DNA of 64,000 bases from Eledone cirrhosa. Lineage: Eukaryota. Below are positions 1 to 13,593 of this stretch, piece by piece. The DNA is taken from the NCBI GenBank assembly GCA_964016885.1, contig OZ024762.1, positions 14,570,001 to 14,634,000 on the forward strand. The letters run 5' to 3'. Both the position numbers and the translations under genes were made by a program. Position 1 is the first letter of the stretch; every line of letters starts with the position of its first letter. The notes beneath the pieces were generated by a model. That model ran no database searches. It saw only the letters and a list, made by a program, of their open reading frames with translations, and was not told the origin of the DNA.

Positions 1-404
1 TAATATTTTTTTGTATTTTATCTGATGGAGCGTACCAAAATACTGTTGCCTTTGAAATATATATAATAAAATCTCTAAGTTTATCATATTTGTGGTATAA
101 AAACGTTGGGGGTTGGTGAAATAAATCACTGCCAATACTGGAATTGAATAATCAAAACCGTAGCGGTATGTAGCATATCCAATCTCTCATATAATTTATT
201 TGATGAAAACGTACTTAAACACCATTGTACCTTTGAAATATATATAATAAAATATATATTTTGATTTATGAGAATATTTTTCATTTATTAATATTTTGAA
301 TAATATATATATATATAACGAAAGAAATGTGGTAAGGAACCAGGTGGACCATAACGCACCAAAGTACTCAATACTTAGGGTAGTAGAGTGGGTAATATAT
401 ATAT

Positions 405-596
405 ATTAAAATAACAGATTAGACAGATTGACTTTGTTAGTTTCAGAAGATCCCGTTAAGGGTGAAAGCAGCGATTCTTTACTTAAACTTTAATCTGTTA
501 TTTTAATAAATATTTGCTCTACGGTTCTTATATATTTGATATATATTTATCCTTATCGAGCCCTCTTTGGATTTTAGTCTTCAAATTTATTATTAT

Positions 597-600
<4 letters not shown>
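405..600 (+). mobile_element. Short repeat with 17-bp inverted arms and hammerhead-like variant core; near-identical reverse copy at ~36938-37113
   Basis: attaaaataacagatta ... taatctgttattttaat flank CAGAAGA-TCCC gttaa GGGT-GAAA. Flanked by (TA)n. No clear helix I. Confidence 0.5.
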
Positions 601-678
<78 letters not shown>

Positions 679-861
679 ATAGTATTAATAAATGCGCGCG
701 TGTGTGTGTGTGTGTGTGTGTGTGTGCATGTAACTATGTGTAACTCTAAAATTTTCACACACACAATGCATTTCCTATCTCAGTCTTGTTACTGCAATAA
801 GTTCGATTTCCACACACAAGATCCTGGATTCTAACCTACCCTACATTTATCCTTTTTATTA

Positions 862-966
<105 letters not shown>

Positions 967-1088
967 TTTGGTTATATGTAGAACAATAAGATCTGCAGGC
1001 GAAGGCAACATACCTGCCTATTATCTATCAACCAACTAACCTACCTTTTAATCTTTACCTGCCCAGACCTGCCAACCTCTAAAAACCT

Positions 1089-1527
1089 AAACGGGGAGAA
1101 ATGATGCAAAATGGCTGGATTTTACATAATGAAAGCTATACCCATTTTCACAAGAGAAGACATATCTCACCCACCCCAGAGTGGGTGGGAGACCTACCCG
1201 CGGACAGGGAGAGTCGACAGCTCTAATATATAAACAGTGTCTCATAAAAATTTATATATTTGATGATAAGATTTATACAAATTTCTCTTTGTCTTTCCCA
1301 TACCACACTATACATACATATATATATGTATATGTATACATACACATATATATATATATATATACACATTCTTAATCACATTCGCAGCCATGTATCGGCA
1401 CTTGCCCCGACAGACGAACAAAGGCATCATTATAATATAACTTTCATGTCTGCCTTGTTAGGGGACCACTGATCGATGTTGAGAGAGAGAGAGAGAGAAT
1501 GTGTGTCTGATGGTGTGTGTGTGTGAT

Positions 1528-1596
<69 letters not shown>

Positions 1597-1936
1597 TGGT
1601 GTCGTGTTGCAGGAAGCTCGTTCTACATTTAAAACATCTCATCTGTGCCTATCAATGGCAGACATTGTGTTGGTCATTGTTTTACCTGAGATATTCTCAT
1701 TAATCAATTTATCTGATCACAACCACAGCCGCACCTGTAGCAGTTTAGGGTTTGTTGTTGTTGTTGACGTTGGCCTCGTCGTCATGTCAACCGAAGTGAG
1801 CCTTCATGTGGCATGTAGGCAAACATGTCAACTCTCCCCGTCGGACGGGGACATCTCTCACCCACTCTGGGGTGAGAGATGACTTCCCTTGTGAAATGGG
1901 TATAGCTTTCATTATGTAAAAAAAATCTCCCCGTTT
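1089..1936. repeat. Pair of diverged ~120-bp inverted repeats (1089-1218 / 1826-1936), possible non-autonomous DNA transposon
   Basis: tttacataatgaaagctatacccattttcacaag is the reverse complement of cttgtgaaatgggtatagctttcattatgtaaa; ccccagagtgggtg pairs with cacccactctgggg. Confidence 0.6.
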
Positions 1937-1942
1937 TGGGGC

Positions 1943-4900
1943 AGTGACACAGTGTATAGAACCCTAAGTGTAGTGACACAGTGTATACAGACCTAAGTGT
2001 AGTGACACAGTGTATACAGACCTAAGTGTAGTGACACAGTGTATAGAACCCTAAGTGTAGTGACACAGTGTATACAGACCTAAGTGTAGTGACACAGTGT
2101 ATAGAACCCTAAGTGTAGTGACACAGTGTATACAGACCTAAGTGTAGTGACACAGTGTATACAGACCTAAGTGTAGTGACACAGTGTATAGAACCCTAAG
2201 TGTAGTGACACAGTGTATAAAGACCTAAGTGTAGTGACACTGTGTATACAGACCTAAGTGTAGTGACACAGTGTATAGAACCCTAAGTGTAGTGACACAG
2301 TGTATACAGACCTAAGTGTAGTAACACAGTGTATACAGACCAAAGTGTAGTGACACAGTGTATACAATCCTAAGTGTAGTGACACAGTGTATACAGACCT
2401 AAGTGTAGTGACACAGTGTATACAGACCTAAGTGTAGTGACACAGTGTATACAGACCTAAGTGTAGTGACACAGTGTATACAGACCTAAGTGTAGTAACA
2501 CAGTGTATACAGACCTAAGTGTAGTGACACAGTGTATACAGACCTAAGTGTAGTGACACAGTGTATACAGACCTAAGTGTAGTGACAGTGTATACAGACC
2601 TAAGTGTAGTGACACAGTGTATACAGACCTAAGTGTAGTGACACAGTGTATACAACCCTAAGTGTAGTGACACAGTGTATACAGACCTAAGTGTAGTGAC
2701 ACAGTGTATACAGACCTAAGTGTAGTGACACAGTGTATACAGACCTAAGTGTAGTGACACAGTGTATACAGACCTAAGTGTAGTGACACAGTGTATAGAC
2801 CTAAGTGTAGTGACACAGTGTATACAACCCTAAGTGTAGTGACACAGTGTATACAGACCTAAGTGTAGTGACAGTGTATACAGACCTAAGTGTAGTGACA
2901 CAGTGTATACAACCCTAAGTGTAGTGACACAGTGTATACAGACCTAAGTATAGTAACACAGTGTATACAACCCTAAGTGTAGTGACACAGTGTATACAGA
3001 CCTAAGTGTAGTGACACAGTGTATACAGACCTAAGTGTAGTGACACAGTGTATACAGACCTAAGTGTAGTGACAGTGTATACAGACCTAAGTGTAGTGAC
3101 ACAGTGTATACAGACCTAAGTGTAGTGACACAGTGTATACAGACCTAAGTGTAGTGACACAGTGTATACAGACCTAAGTGTAGTGACACAGTGTATACAG
3201 ACCTAAGTGTAGTGACACAGTGTATACAGACCTAAGTGTAGTGACACAGTGTATACAGACCTAAGTGTAGTGACAGTGTATACAGACCTAAGTGTAGTGA
3301 CACAGTGTATACAGACCTAAGTGTAGTGACACAGTGTATACAGACCTAAGTGTAGTGACAGTGTATACAGACCTAAGTGTAGTGACACAGTGTATACAAC
3401 CCTAAGTGTAGTGACAGTGTATACAGACCTAAGTGTAGTAACACAGTGTATACAACACTAAGTGTAGTAACACAGTGTATACAGACCTAAGTGTAGTGAT
3501 ACAGTGTATACAGACCTAAGTGTAGTGACACAGTGTATACAGACCTAAGTGTAGTGACACAGTGTATACAGACCTAAGTGTAGTGACACAGTGTATACAG
3601 ACCTAAGTGTAGTGACACAGTGTATACAGACCTAAGTGTAGTGACACAGTGTATACAGACCTAAGTGTAGTGACAGTGTATACAGACCTAAGTGTAGTGA
3701 CAGTGTATACAGACCTAAGTGTAGTGACACAGTGTATACAGACTTAAGTGTAGTGACACAGTGTATACAGACCTAAGTGTAGTGACACAGTGTATACAGA
3801 CCTAAGTGTAGTAACACAGTGTATACAGACCTAAGTGTAGTGACACAGTGTATACAGACCTAAGTGTAGTGACACAGTGTATACAGACCTAAGTGTAGTA
3901 ACACAGTGTATACAGACCTAAGTGTAGTAACACAGTGTATACAGACCTAAGTGTAGTGACAGTGTATACAGACCTTAGTGTAGTGACACAGTGTATACAG
4001 ACCTAAGTGTAGTGACACAGTGTATACAGACCTAAGTGTAGTGACACTGTGTATAGAACCCTAAGTGTAGTAACACTGTGTATACAGACCTAAGTGTAGT
4101 GACACTGTGTATAGAACCCTAAGTGTAGTAACAGTGTATACAGACCTAAGTGTAGTGACACAGTGTATACAGACCTAAGTGTAGTGACACAGTGTATACA
4201 GACCTAAGTGTAGTGACAGTGTATAGAACCCTAAGTGTAGTGACACTGTGTATACAGACCTAAGTGTAGTAACACAGTGTATACAACCCTAAGTGTAGTG
4301 ACACTGTGTATACAGACCTAAGTGTAGTGACACTGTGTATACAACCCTAAGTGTAGTGACACAGTGTATACAACCCTAAGTGTAGTGACACAGTGTATAC
4401 AACCCTAAGTGTAGTGACACTGTGTATACAACCCTAAGTGTAGTAACACAGTGTATACAACCCTAAGTGTAGTAACACAGTGTATACAACCCTAAGTGTA
4501 GTGACACTGTGTATACAACCCTAAGTGTAGTGACACAGTGTATACAACCCTAAGTGTAGTGACACAGTGTATACAGACCTAAGTGTAGTGACACTGTGTA
4601 TACAACCCTAAGTGTAGTGACACAGTGTATACAGACCTAAGTGTAGTGACACTGTGTATAGAACCCTAAGTGTAGTGACACAGTGTATACAGACCTAAGT
4701 GTAGTGACACTGTGTATACAACCCTAAGTGTAGTGACACAGTGTATACAGACCTAAGTGTAGTGACACAGTGTATACAGACCTAAGTGTAGTGACACTGT
4801 GTATACAGACCTAAGTGTAGTGACAGTGTATACAACCCTAAGTGTAGTGACACAGTGTATACAGACCTAAGTGTAGTGACACTGTGTATACAACCCTAAG

Positions 4901-5900
4901 TGTAGTGACACAGTGTATACAGACCTAAGTGTAGTGACACAGTGTATACAGACCTAAGTGTAGTGACACTGTGTATAGAGACCTAAGTGTAGTGACACTG
5001 TGTATACAACCCTAAGTGTAGTGACACAGTGTATACAGACCTAAGTGTAGTGACACTGTGTATACAACCCTAAGTGTAGTGACACTGTGTATACAGACCT
5101 AAGTGTAGTAACACAGTGTATACAGACCTAAGTGTAGTGACACTGTGTATACAGACCTAAGTGTAGTGACACAGTGTATACAGACCTAAGTGTAGTAACA
5201 CAGTGTATACAGACCTAAGTGTAGTGACACTGTGTATACAGACCTAAGTGTAGTAACACTGTGTATACAGACCTAAGTGTAGTGACACAGTGTATACAGA
5301 CCTAAGTGTAGTAACACAGTGTATACAGACCTAAGTGTAGTGACACTGTGTATACAGACCTAAGTGTAGTAACACTGTGTATACATACCTAAGTGTAGTG
5401 ACACAGTGTATACAGACCTCAGTGTAGTGACACTGTGTATAGAACCCTAAGTGCAGTGACACTGTATACAGACCTAAGTGTAGTGACACTGTGTATACAG
5501 ACCTAAGTGTAGTAACACTGTGTATACAGACCTAAGTGTAGTAGCACAGTGTATACAGACCTAAGTGTAGTGACACTGTGTATACAGACCTAAGTGTAGT
5601 GACACTGTGTATACAGACCTAAGTGTAGTAACACAGTGTATACAGACCTAAGTGTAGTGACACTGTGTATACAGACCTAAGTGTAGTGACACAGTGTATA
5701 CAGACCTAAGTGTAGTGACACTGTGTATACAGACCTAAGTGTAGGGACATTGTGTATACAGACCTAAGTGTAGTGACACTGTGTATAGAACCCTAAGTGC
5801 AGTGACACTGTATACAGACCTAAGTGTAGTGACACAGTGTATACAGACCTAAGTGTAGTGACACAGTGTATACAGACCTAAGTGTAGGGACATTGTGTAT
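1943..5900. repeat. 29-bp tandem satellite (gtgacacagtgtatacagacctaagtgta)n
   Basis: About 4 kb of head-to-tail copies with few variants (cagac/caacc, cacag/cactg, 2-bp deletions). Confidence 0.98.
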
Positions 5901-7340
5901 GCAAACCTAAGTGTAGGGAGACTCTACATACAAACCTAAGTGTAGGTAGACTATATACAAACCTAAGTGTAGGCAGACTATATACAAACCTAAGTGTAGG
6001 TAGACTATATATACAAACCTAAGTGTAGGGAGACTCTACATACAAACCTAAGTGTAGGGAGACTCTATATACAAACCTAAGTGTAGAGAGACTATATACA
6101 AACCTAAGTGTAGGGAGACTCTATATACAAACCTAAGTGTAGGTAGACTATATACAAACCTAAGTGTAGGGAGACTATATACAAACCTAAGTGTAGGGAG
6201 ACTATATACAAACCTAAGTGTAGGGAGACTATATACAAACCTAAGTGTAGGTAGACTACATATACAAACCTAAGTGTAGAGAGACTATATACAAACCTAA
6301 GTGTAGGGAGACTATATACAAACCTAAGTGTAGGGAGACTATATACAAACCTAAGTGTAGGTAGACTACATATACAAACCTAAGTGTAGGGAGACTCTAC
6401 ATACAAACCTAAGTGTAGAGAGACTATATACAAACCTAAGTGTAGGTAGACTACATACAAACCTAAGTGTAGAGAGACTATATACAAACCTAAGTGTAGG
6501 GAGACTCTATATACAAACCTAAGTGTAGGTAGACTACATATACAAACCTAAGTGTAGGTAGACTATATATACAAACCTAAGTGTAGGGAGACTCTACATA
6601 CAAACCTAAGTGTAGGGAGACTATATACAAACCTAAGTGTAGGGAGACTATATACAAACCTAAGTGTAGGTAGACTATATATACAAACCTAAGTGTAGGG
6701 AGACTCTATATACAAACCTAAGTGTAGAGAGACTATATACAAACCTAAGTGTAGGGAGACTCTACATACAAACCTAAGTGTAGGTAGACTATATACAAAC
6801 CTAAGTGTAGAGAGACTATATACAAACCTAAGTGTAGGGAGACTCTATATACAAACCTAAGTGTAGGTAGACTACATATACAAACCTAAGTGTAGGTAGA
6901 CTATATATACAAACCTAAGTGTAGGGAGACTCTACATACAAACCTAAGTGTAGGTAGACTACATACAAACCTAAGTGTAGGGAGACTATATACAAACCTA
7001 AGTGTAGGTAGACTATATATACAAACCTAAGTGTAGGGAGACTCTATATACAAACCTAAGTGTAGGGAGACTCTATATACAAACCTAAGTGTAGGGAGAC
7101 TCTATATACAAACCTAATTGTAGGGAGACTATATACAAACCTAAGTGTAGGGAGATTCTATATACAAACCTAAGTGTAGGGAGACTATATACAAACCTAA
7201 GTGTAGGGAGACTCTATATACAAACCTAAGTGTAGGGAGACTATATACAAACCTAAGTGTAGGTAGACTATATACAAACCTAAGTGTAGGGAGACTATAT
7301 ACAAACCTAAGTGTAGGTAGACTATATACAAACCTAAGTA
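5901..7340. repeat. 27/29-bp sister satellite (gggagactatatacaaacctaagtgta)n
   Basis: Shares the tataca..acctaagtgtag core with the preceding array but has a different left half. Confidence 0.97.
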
Positions 7341-7635
7341 TATAAGTCCCGAATTTTATTTATTACTAAAGCAGTAATAGAGTCTATCAACAGGTATACA
7401 TTCTAACCCCCCCCCCCCCCCTCAACATTGTCTTTAAAAATGTAACAGTAATGACAAAGCATTATGGGTTATATGAAGCACACATCGTTAAGTCACTCTG
7501 ATTTTATACTCGTTTGATAAAGGGTTTCTAACACCGAATTATATATGGACTATAAGGTAAAAACTAATGTTTTGTTTTGTCCTTATTACTTTATTCTACT
7601 CTGGTTGGGCCAATGTATTTCCAATTAGTATGAGG

Positions 7636-8065
7636 TCTCTCTCTCTCTCTCTCTCGAGTGCGTACCACGTGAGGGACGATATCTCTCTCTCTCTCTCGAG
7701 TACGTACCACGTGAGGGACGATATCTCTCTCTCTCTCTCTCTCTCTCTCGAGTACGTACCACGTGAGGGACGATATCTCTCTCTCTCTCTCTCGAGTACG
7801 TACCACATGAGGGACGATATCTCTCTCTCGCACTCTCGAGTACGTACCACGTGAGGGACGATATCTCTCTCTCTCTCTCTCTCTCGAGTACGCACCACAT
7901 GAGGGACGATATCTCTCTCTCTCTCGAGTACGTACCACGTGAGGGACGATATCTCTCCCTCCCTCTCTCTCTCGAGTACGTACCACGTGAGGGACGATAT
8001 CTCTCTCTCTCGAGTACGTACAACGTGAGAAACAACCTCTCTCTCTCGAGTGCGTACCACGTGTG
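7636..8065. repeat. Compound minisatellite: 10 x [(CT)n + cgagtacgtaccacgtgagggacgatat]
   Basis: Constant ~28-bp unit separated by (CT)n of variable length. Confidence 0.95.
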
Positions 8066-8349
8066 AGTGCAACTCTCCCTCACCCTGTGTCGAAATACAC
8101 AGCAAATAAAATGGGACAGTAATAAACAAAATGTGCAACGTAATGGCGTGAAGCGACTGAGTACAAGACCTTTTAATTTGGTTATTATGGCTCTAGATAA
8201 AGTCTATTGAGCTTACTTACTGAGAAACACACAATTTTTTTTCCTTCCCTGTATGTTGTTACAGCTCACACCTATGTAGGTTTAGCTGGCCTCCTCCTCT
8301 TCCTCCAGGGTATATCGTTGGAGGTGTCTTGGGTGATTTAATGATAGGG

Positions 8350-8510
8350 ACCCCAGTCCCTATCATCTCATTTCTACAGCTGAGTAAACTGGAGCAATGT
8401 GAAATGAAGTGTCTTGCTCAAGGAAACAACACATCACCAGGTCCGAGAATTGAACTCACAACCTTTCGATTGCAAACCCAATGCTCTAACTACTAAGCCA
8501 TGCGCCTTCA
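8350..8510 (-). mobile_element. tRNA-derived SINE, family A
   Basis: Minus strand reads TGGCTTAGTAG (A box) ... GAGTTCAATTC (B box) ... ccttgagcaagacactt. Matches copies at 43.9, 46.8, 50.0 and 52.7 kb. Confidence 0.85.
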
Positions 8511-8939
8511 CTAAGTCTATTGAGCTTACTTATTGAGAAACACACAATGTTTTTTTCCTTCCCTGTATATATGGTGGTGATTGGCCAGGTAGAATGATTT
8601 GCGGTATTTGTTCTGGCTCTCTGCACTCTCACTTCGAGGTCGATAAAAGAAATACCTCCCCAAGCACTGGGATTGATTCTTCTATATTTCTTTCTCACTT
8701 CCCACTCTCTTTCTCCTTCTCTTGAAGAAATCGAGAGGAAATAAGCCTCACTAAGTTTTAACTGCCCAAGATACACCGTATGTCAGCCACAACGGCTCCC
8801 CCAGAAGTTATCTATGGATTAAAGAAGAAAAAAATCCACTTAATCCCAGTTTGCTTAAGTTCGTAGACAGCCTAAGTTTTGTATAGTGGTATCTAGTAGG
8901 GTCTTGTTGACTGTGCTAACTTCGGTTCTTAACCTACAT

Positions 8940-9217
8940 TTGAGTTTCATAAAACTTTATCTTTTGAAGGCTAAGATCTTCATTACTTACATCCTACCAG
9001 TTGTGTTATATGGTCTTGACTGTGTTAATTGGACAAGGTCACTTCAGAAGCTCTCTCTACATTCCAGAACCACATCATGAGACTTATGACAGGCAAGCGG
9101 CTCAGCGACCGTATCTGTATCAGTGAGCTGCTCAACATTACCAAACTTAGACCAATTATATCAATTATCAAGTCAAGAGTACTCAAACTGTACGATCATA
9201 TAAAAAGAGTTGTATGA
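8940..9217 (+). pseudogene. RTE-clade LINE ORF fragment (region C-terminal to RT), frameshifted
   Basis: KAKIFITYILPVVLYGLDC..W / LSTFQNHIMRLMTGKRLSDRI..IIKSRVLKLYDHIKR resembles the RTE pattern K.IY..VLP.LLYG.E.W...R.I.G....DRI...RRL.W.GH..R. Confidence 0.8.
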
Positions 9218-9725
9218 TATCAACTCAGTGAAGGCGCGAGTTCGATTCTCGGACCGTTGTGTCATTAAGCAAAGCACTTTATTTCATGTTGCTCCAGTTT
9301 ACTGGGGTTTAGAAATGAGTTGTGATGTCATTGCCACAAGATTTTTTTTACGATGAATTTTTTCAAATGTTTGGGGCCTCATAACTTAACTCACAGGGCC
9401 TCATTTGCCCCGAATTCGGCACTGCACCTGGCCACGTACGTGACAGTAGATTAATTTAACTATATACAGTGAAAAAACAAATGATAGAAAAAATACAAAA
9501 ATTATTTTCAAATATATATTTTTTATTGATTTGTTTATTTGATCAACCTTAATCAATACTTACCAACATTGTGATAGGGTCTTTGTTTGTTTGTTTGTTT
9601 GTTTGTTTGTTTGTTTGTTTATAATTTAGAGTAATTGCTAGAGACCCAATTCAATGTGAGTAGTATAGCAGACAGAAACTGTGTAGAAGCCCGCTATTGT
9701 GTTTTTATGTTCTTTGGCAACACCT

Positions 9726-9773
<48 letters not shown>

Positions 9774-10096
9774 AATTACATAATAAACAACACAATATAA
9801 TTATCCCATTACAAAAGGTTTCAAGAAACTAGACGATTTTTACAGAAACGTCCAGCCCGTTCATCAGATATATAATGTATGTATGTATATTAGTATAGCT
9901 AGGTTGATAAATATTTCAGAAAGCCAGTACAATACGGTAGAAATATATAAAGGGTAAAGGATGACGAGTAAAACAAAGTCATGTTTTTACCCAGTATATT
10001 TCAATGTAATATTTCGGGGCTAATCCCCCCCTTTTCAAACGTAAAAACAGAAAAAGGTGCAAAACAAAAGGAAGTGTTCTTCTTTAACTGCTCTAA

Positions 10097-10156
<60 letters not shown>

Positions 10157-10292
10157 CAAAGGAAGTGTGGTAAGGAACCAGATGGACCATAACGCACCAG
10201 AGTACTCGATAATATGGGTAGTAGATTGGGTAATAGGAAAAGAGTCAGGACCCCGACGGCTAGATCACACACACGCGCGCGCCTGTGTGTGT

Positions 10293-10358
<66 letters not shown>

Positions 10359-10481
10359 TCAATCGATTTTTAATAAATGCTCGGGTTTACTCCTTAGAAC
10401 CTTTGGGCTTCTGCAGGTGGTATTGGTGAATGGCTGTGATTTTCTCAGACCTGACATCTATAATTGTTAGTATTGTATATA

Positions 10482-10548
<67 letters not shown>

Positions 10549-10863
10549 TGTGTGTGTGTGTCTATTGTTGCTGTTGCTTAGTGATAGAGAAAGAGACCTC
10601 AGTCAGATTGCGATCTAAAAATACCTAATAGCCACACCTTGATTTTTTTTTACCTGAGTATACCAGGAGCATTTATTCATAAAGAAAGGAAAATATATAT
10701 AATAGAAAACAAATAAAATTTAATCATGTGTATATAAATGTGAGTGTGTGTATATAAATGTGTGTGTGTGTATGTATATAAATGTGAGTGTGTGTGTATA
10801 TAAAATACATATAATAGAAGACAAAATAAAATTGAATCATGTGTGTATTTAAATGTGTGAGTG

Positions 10864-10900
<37 letters not shown>

Positions 10901-10904
10901 ATAT

Positions 10905-11360
10905 ATATATATGTACGTATGTATTCACCGAACATTTATTATAATGCTCGGTGTGTTTGTAAACAAACATCCCGTATTAAGCCGTAGTGTCTAGCAACCA
11001 TCGTTGCTCGTTTGTTCAACACTGACAAAGGCACGCTGTTCTAGTTTCAAGCTTATTAGCTATCGTCAGCAACGTATACCTTCCTGCCAGATTGTTGAAC
11101 GTATATACTTACCTTATGCATATTAATGGCTACTCAGCCGTTAATATGCATAAGGTAAGTATATACGTTCAACAATCTGGCAGGAAGGTATACGTTGCTG
11201 ACGATAGCTAATAAGCTTGAAACTAGTACAGCGTTCCTTTGTCAGTGTTGAACAAACGAGCAACGATGGTTGCTGGACACTACGGCTTAATACGGGATGT
11301 TTGTTTACAAACACACCGAGCATTATAATAAATGTTCGGTGAATCCATACGTTCATATAT
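10905..11360. mobile_element. ~450-bp fold-back element, Penelope-like terminal repeat
   Basis: Near-perfect inverted arms of about 225 bp around loop actc (11132-11135). A few arm mismatches. Hammerhead motif in each arm. TA-rich flanks. Confidence 0.85.
11192..11234 (+). ncRNA. Minimal type I hammerhead ribozyme
   Basis: ACGTTG-CTGACGA-T AGCT aata AGCT T-GAAA-CTAG-TA-CAGCGT. Predicted cleavage after 11228. Confidence 0.8.
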
Positions 11361-11544
11361 ATATGTGTGCATGTATGTATATATATATACATACTACTGT
11401 ACGTCTGTATACATATATGTATGTACGTGTACATACTTATATTTAAGTAACAGCCGTATTAAGAGTGGGAAATGAAATTTCGTTTCATTTTTTCCGTTTA
11501 TATATATATAAAATAGAGGTGTGACACACGAGTTGTGATATATT

Positions 11545-11825
11545 AGTAAAAAGGAAAAGAAAATGCTGACAAATTTTTCCCATTGAAAAATAGTTTAATT
11601 AGGAATAAGTATAAATTAGTAATAAGTATTGGTTAGTATTCAGTTTTAGTTTTAAGTTTTTACCGGTTGCGCATTTCTAATGCTTTTCAAAAATAATTTT
11701 GAGATAGAGCGCTCGTGATGTTTGCTAAACTGAATACTAACCAATACTTATTACTAATTTATACTTATTCCTAATTAAACTATTTTTCACTGGGAAAATT
11801 TGTCAGCATTTTCTTTTCCTTTTTA

Positions 11826-11827
<2 letters not shown>
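11545..11827. mobile_element. Fold-back element with ~105-bp arms
   Basis: agtaaaaaggaaaagaaaatgctgacaaa... / ...tttgtcagcattttcttttcctttttact; abuts (TA)n. Confidence 0.75.
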
Positions 11828-11881
<54 letters not shown>

Positions 11882-11886
<5 letters not shown>

Positions 11887-12076
11887 AATTCCAACTTTGT
11901 CTGATTTACTCGTTTTATTTACAATCCTTTAAAATTATAATGATATTATAATGAAATAGTATGGTAGAATGTTAAATGTTAAGTGTTAATTGTACAACTA
12001 CTTTCATGCTTTCGCAATCTTCAGGTTCATATTTTGTAAATAAAACGAGTAAATCAGACAAAGTTGGAATTCCTTT
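11882..12076. mobile_element. Fold-back element with ~42-bp perfect arms and an internal hammerhead
   Basis: aaaggaattccaactttgtctgatttactcgttttatttacaa and its exact reverse complement. Confidence 0.75.
11991..12030 (-). ncRNA. Near-intact minimal hammerhead ribozyme
   Basis: Minus strand: TGAAC-CTGAAGA-T TGC gaaa GCA T-GAAA-GTAG-TT-GTACA; one mismatch in helix I. Confidence 0.6.
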
Positions 12077-12113
12077 GATTAATATAATCTTCTATACACA
12101 ATCATACACACCC

Positions 12114-12144
<31 letters not shown>

Positions 12145-12237
12145 CTTATTCTTTCAAACTTGATAACTTAACGACACTGCTTACATATCTATCCATCCAT
12201 CTATCTATCTATCTATATATCTATATCCACACACACA

Positions 12238-12314
12238 CAAGGGTGTCGCAAAAATGTATATACACTTCAACAGCATTCTAATCAACATGTGTATGCATTT
12301 TTTGGGACACCTTG
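12238..12314. mobile_element. Tc1/mariner-type MITE (TIR cagggtgtcccaaaaa)
   Basis: aagggtgtcgcaaaaatgtata ... tgtatgcattttttgggacaccttg. Further copies near 31313, 31505-31799, 32553-32762, 50347 and 62820. Confidence 0.7.
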
Positions 12315-12434
12315 TATAATATAATCTTCTATACACAATCATACACACCCGTGTATATTTATATTTATATATATATATATATATATATAAGAAAGCAAAA
12401 TAAAATTGAATGATGTGGGTATAAAAATGTGTGA

Positions 12435-12484
<50 letters not shown>

Positions 12485-13049
12485 ATGTGTATACACACAC
12501 ATATTTATACATACACATACAGAGAGGAGAGAGTAAACAGTGAACTCATAACAACTACTCGTAATACAGCACTTCCTATGTTAATTTACAACAATGTTTC
12601 TGGTATAAAGCACAAGGCCAGCAATTTGAAGGGAGGGGATAGTCGATTAATTTGACCCCAGTGCATTACTGGTACTTTATTTTATCGACCCCGTAAGGAT
12701 GAAAGGCAAAATTAACCTCGACGGGATTTGAACGCAGACCGTAAAGGGCCGTAACTCTATGCTGCAAAGCAGTGTTTGAACTCAATAATAATGACTATCT
12801 GTGAATACATAATTTAGAAAAGACTCTAAAAGGGAAACGGCGGTGGTGGGGTGGGGTGGGGTGGGAGTGAATAGGGGGGCGGGGAGACATCATAACGACG
12901 GTAGAAGGGTGGTGGTGGTGGTGGTGTGTGTGAAGCAGGGGGGTGGGGGTGGGGTACGTGCAATCATATCACGACCTAATATATAGTATTTCACTATATT
13001 ATCCAGGGAGGAGAGAGAGAGAGGGAGAGAGAGAGGGAGAGGGGGGGAG

Positions 13050-13138
<89 letters not shown>

Positions 13139-13388
13139 AGAGGCAGAGGAGATATTCAATCACATTCCCTCCGGGGTGCGTTTTATGTCAATTTCTTTCT
13201 TGTCTTCACACTTTAAAGAGTGAAGACGCTAGCAACCTACCTAATATGTCTAACACACACACGTGTGTGTGTGTTGGCTTGCCGCCTGAATCCATACACA
13301 TAGCCATAACGTATTATTCTCAGGGAGATTCAGCATGACACAGGGCTGTGTTGGAGGGACAAAGGACGTCTCTTTGAATTTACAAGTA

Positions 13389-13593
13389 CAGTGTTTTTTG
13401 CTTTTTACGCGAAGATGCGTTCGTGGACGCGACGCGTTAAGTAAATTCGCGTATTTCTGATAAATGAAAAAAATTAAATACCACTCGCGTTATAACGCGT
13501 TTTTCGCGCAAAGTTAATATTTGATAATATTTTTTCAAGGGGCGTTAAAGCGAATTCGCGTAATTCAAGTTCGCGTTAAAAGCGAACAGACTG
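13389..13593. mobile_element. pogo/Tigger-like MITE
   Basis: TA|cagtgttttttgctttttacgcgaa ... ttcgcgttaaaagcgaacagactg|TA; imperfect TIRs and TA target duplication. Confidence 0.7.

Noticed and set aside
14-72. Hammerhead-family relic at the window start (also 9820-9870 and 18163-18195)
   Set aside because: Core or helix II is disrupted (CTGATGG, unpaired stem).
7636-8065. CRISPR-like repeat-spacer appearance
   Set aside because: The spacers are only (CT)n; the context is eukaryotic and there are no cas genes.
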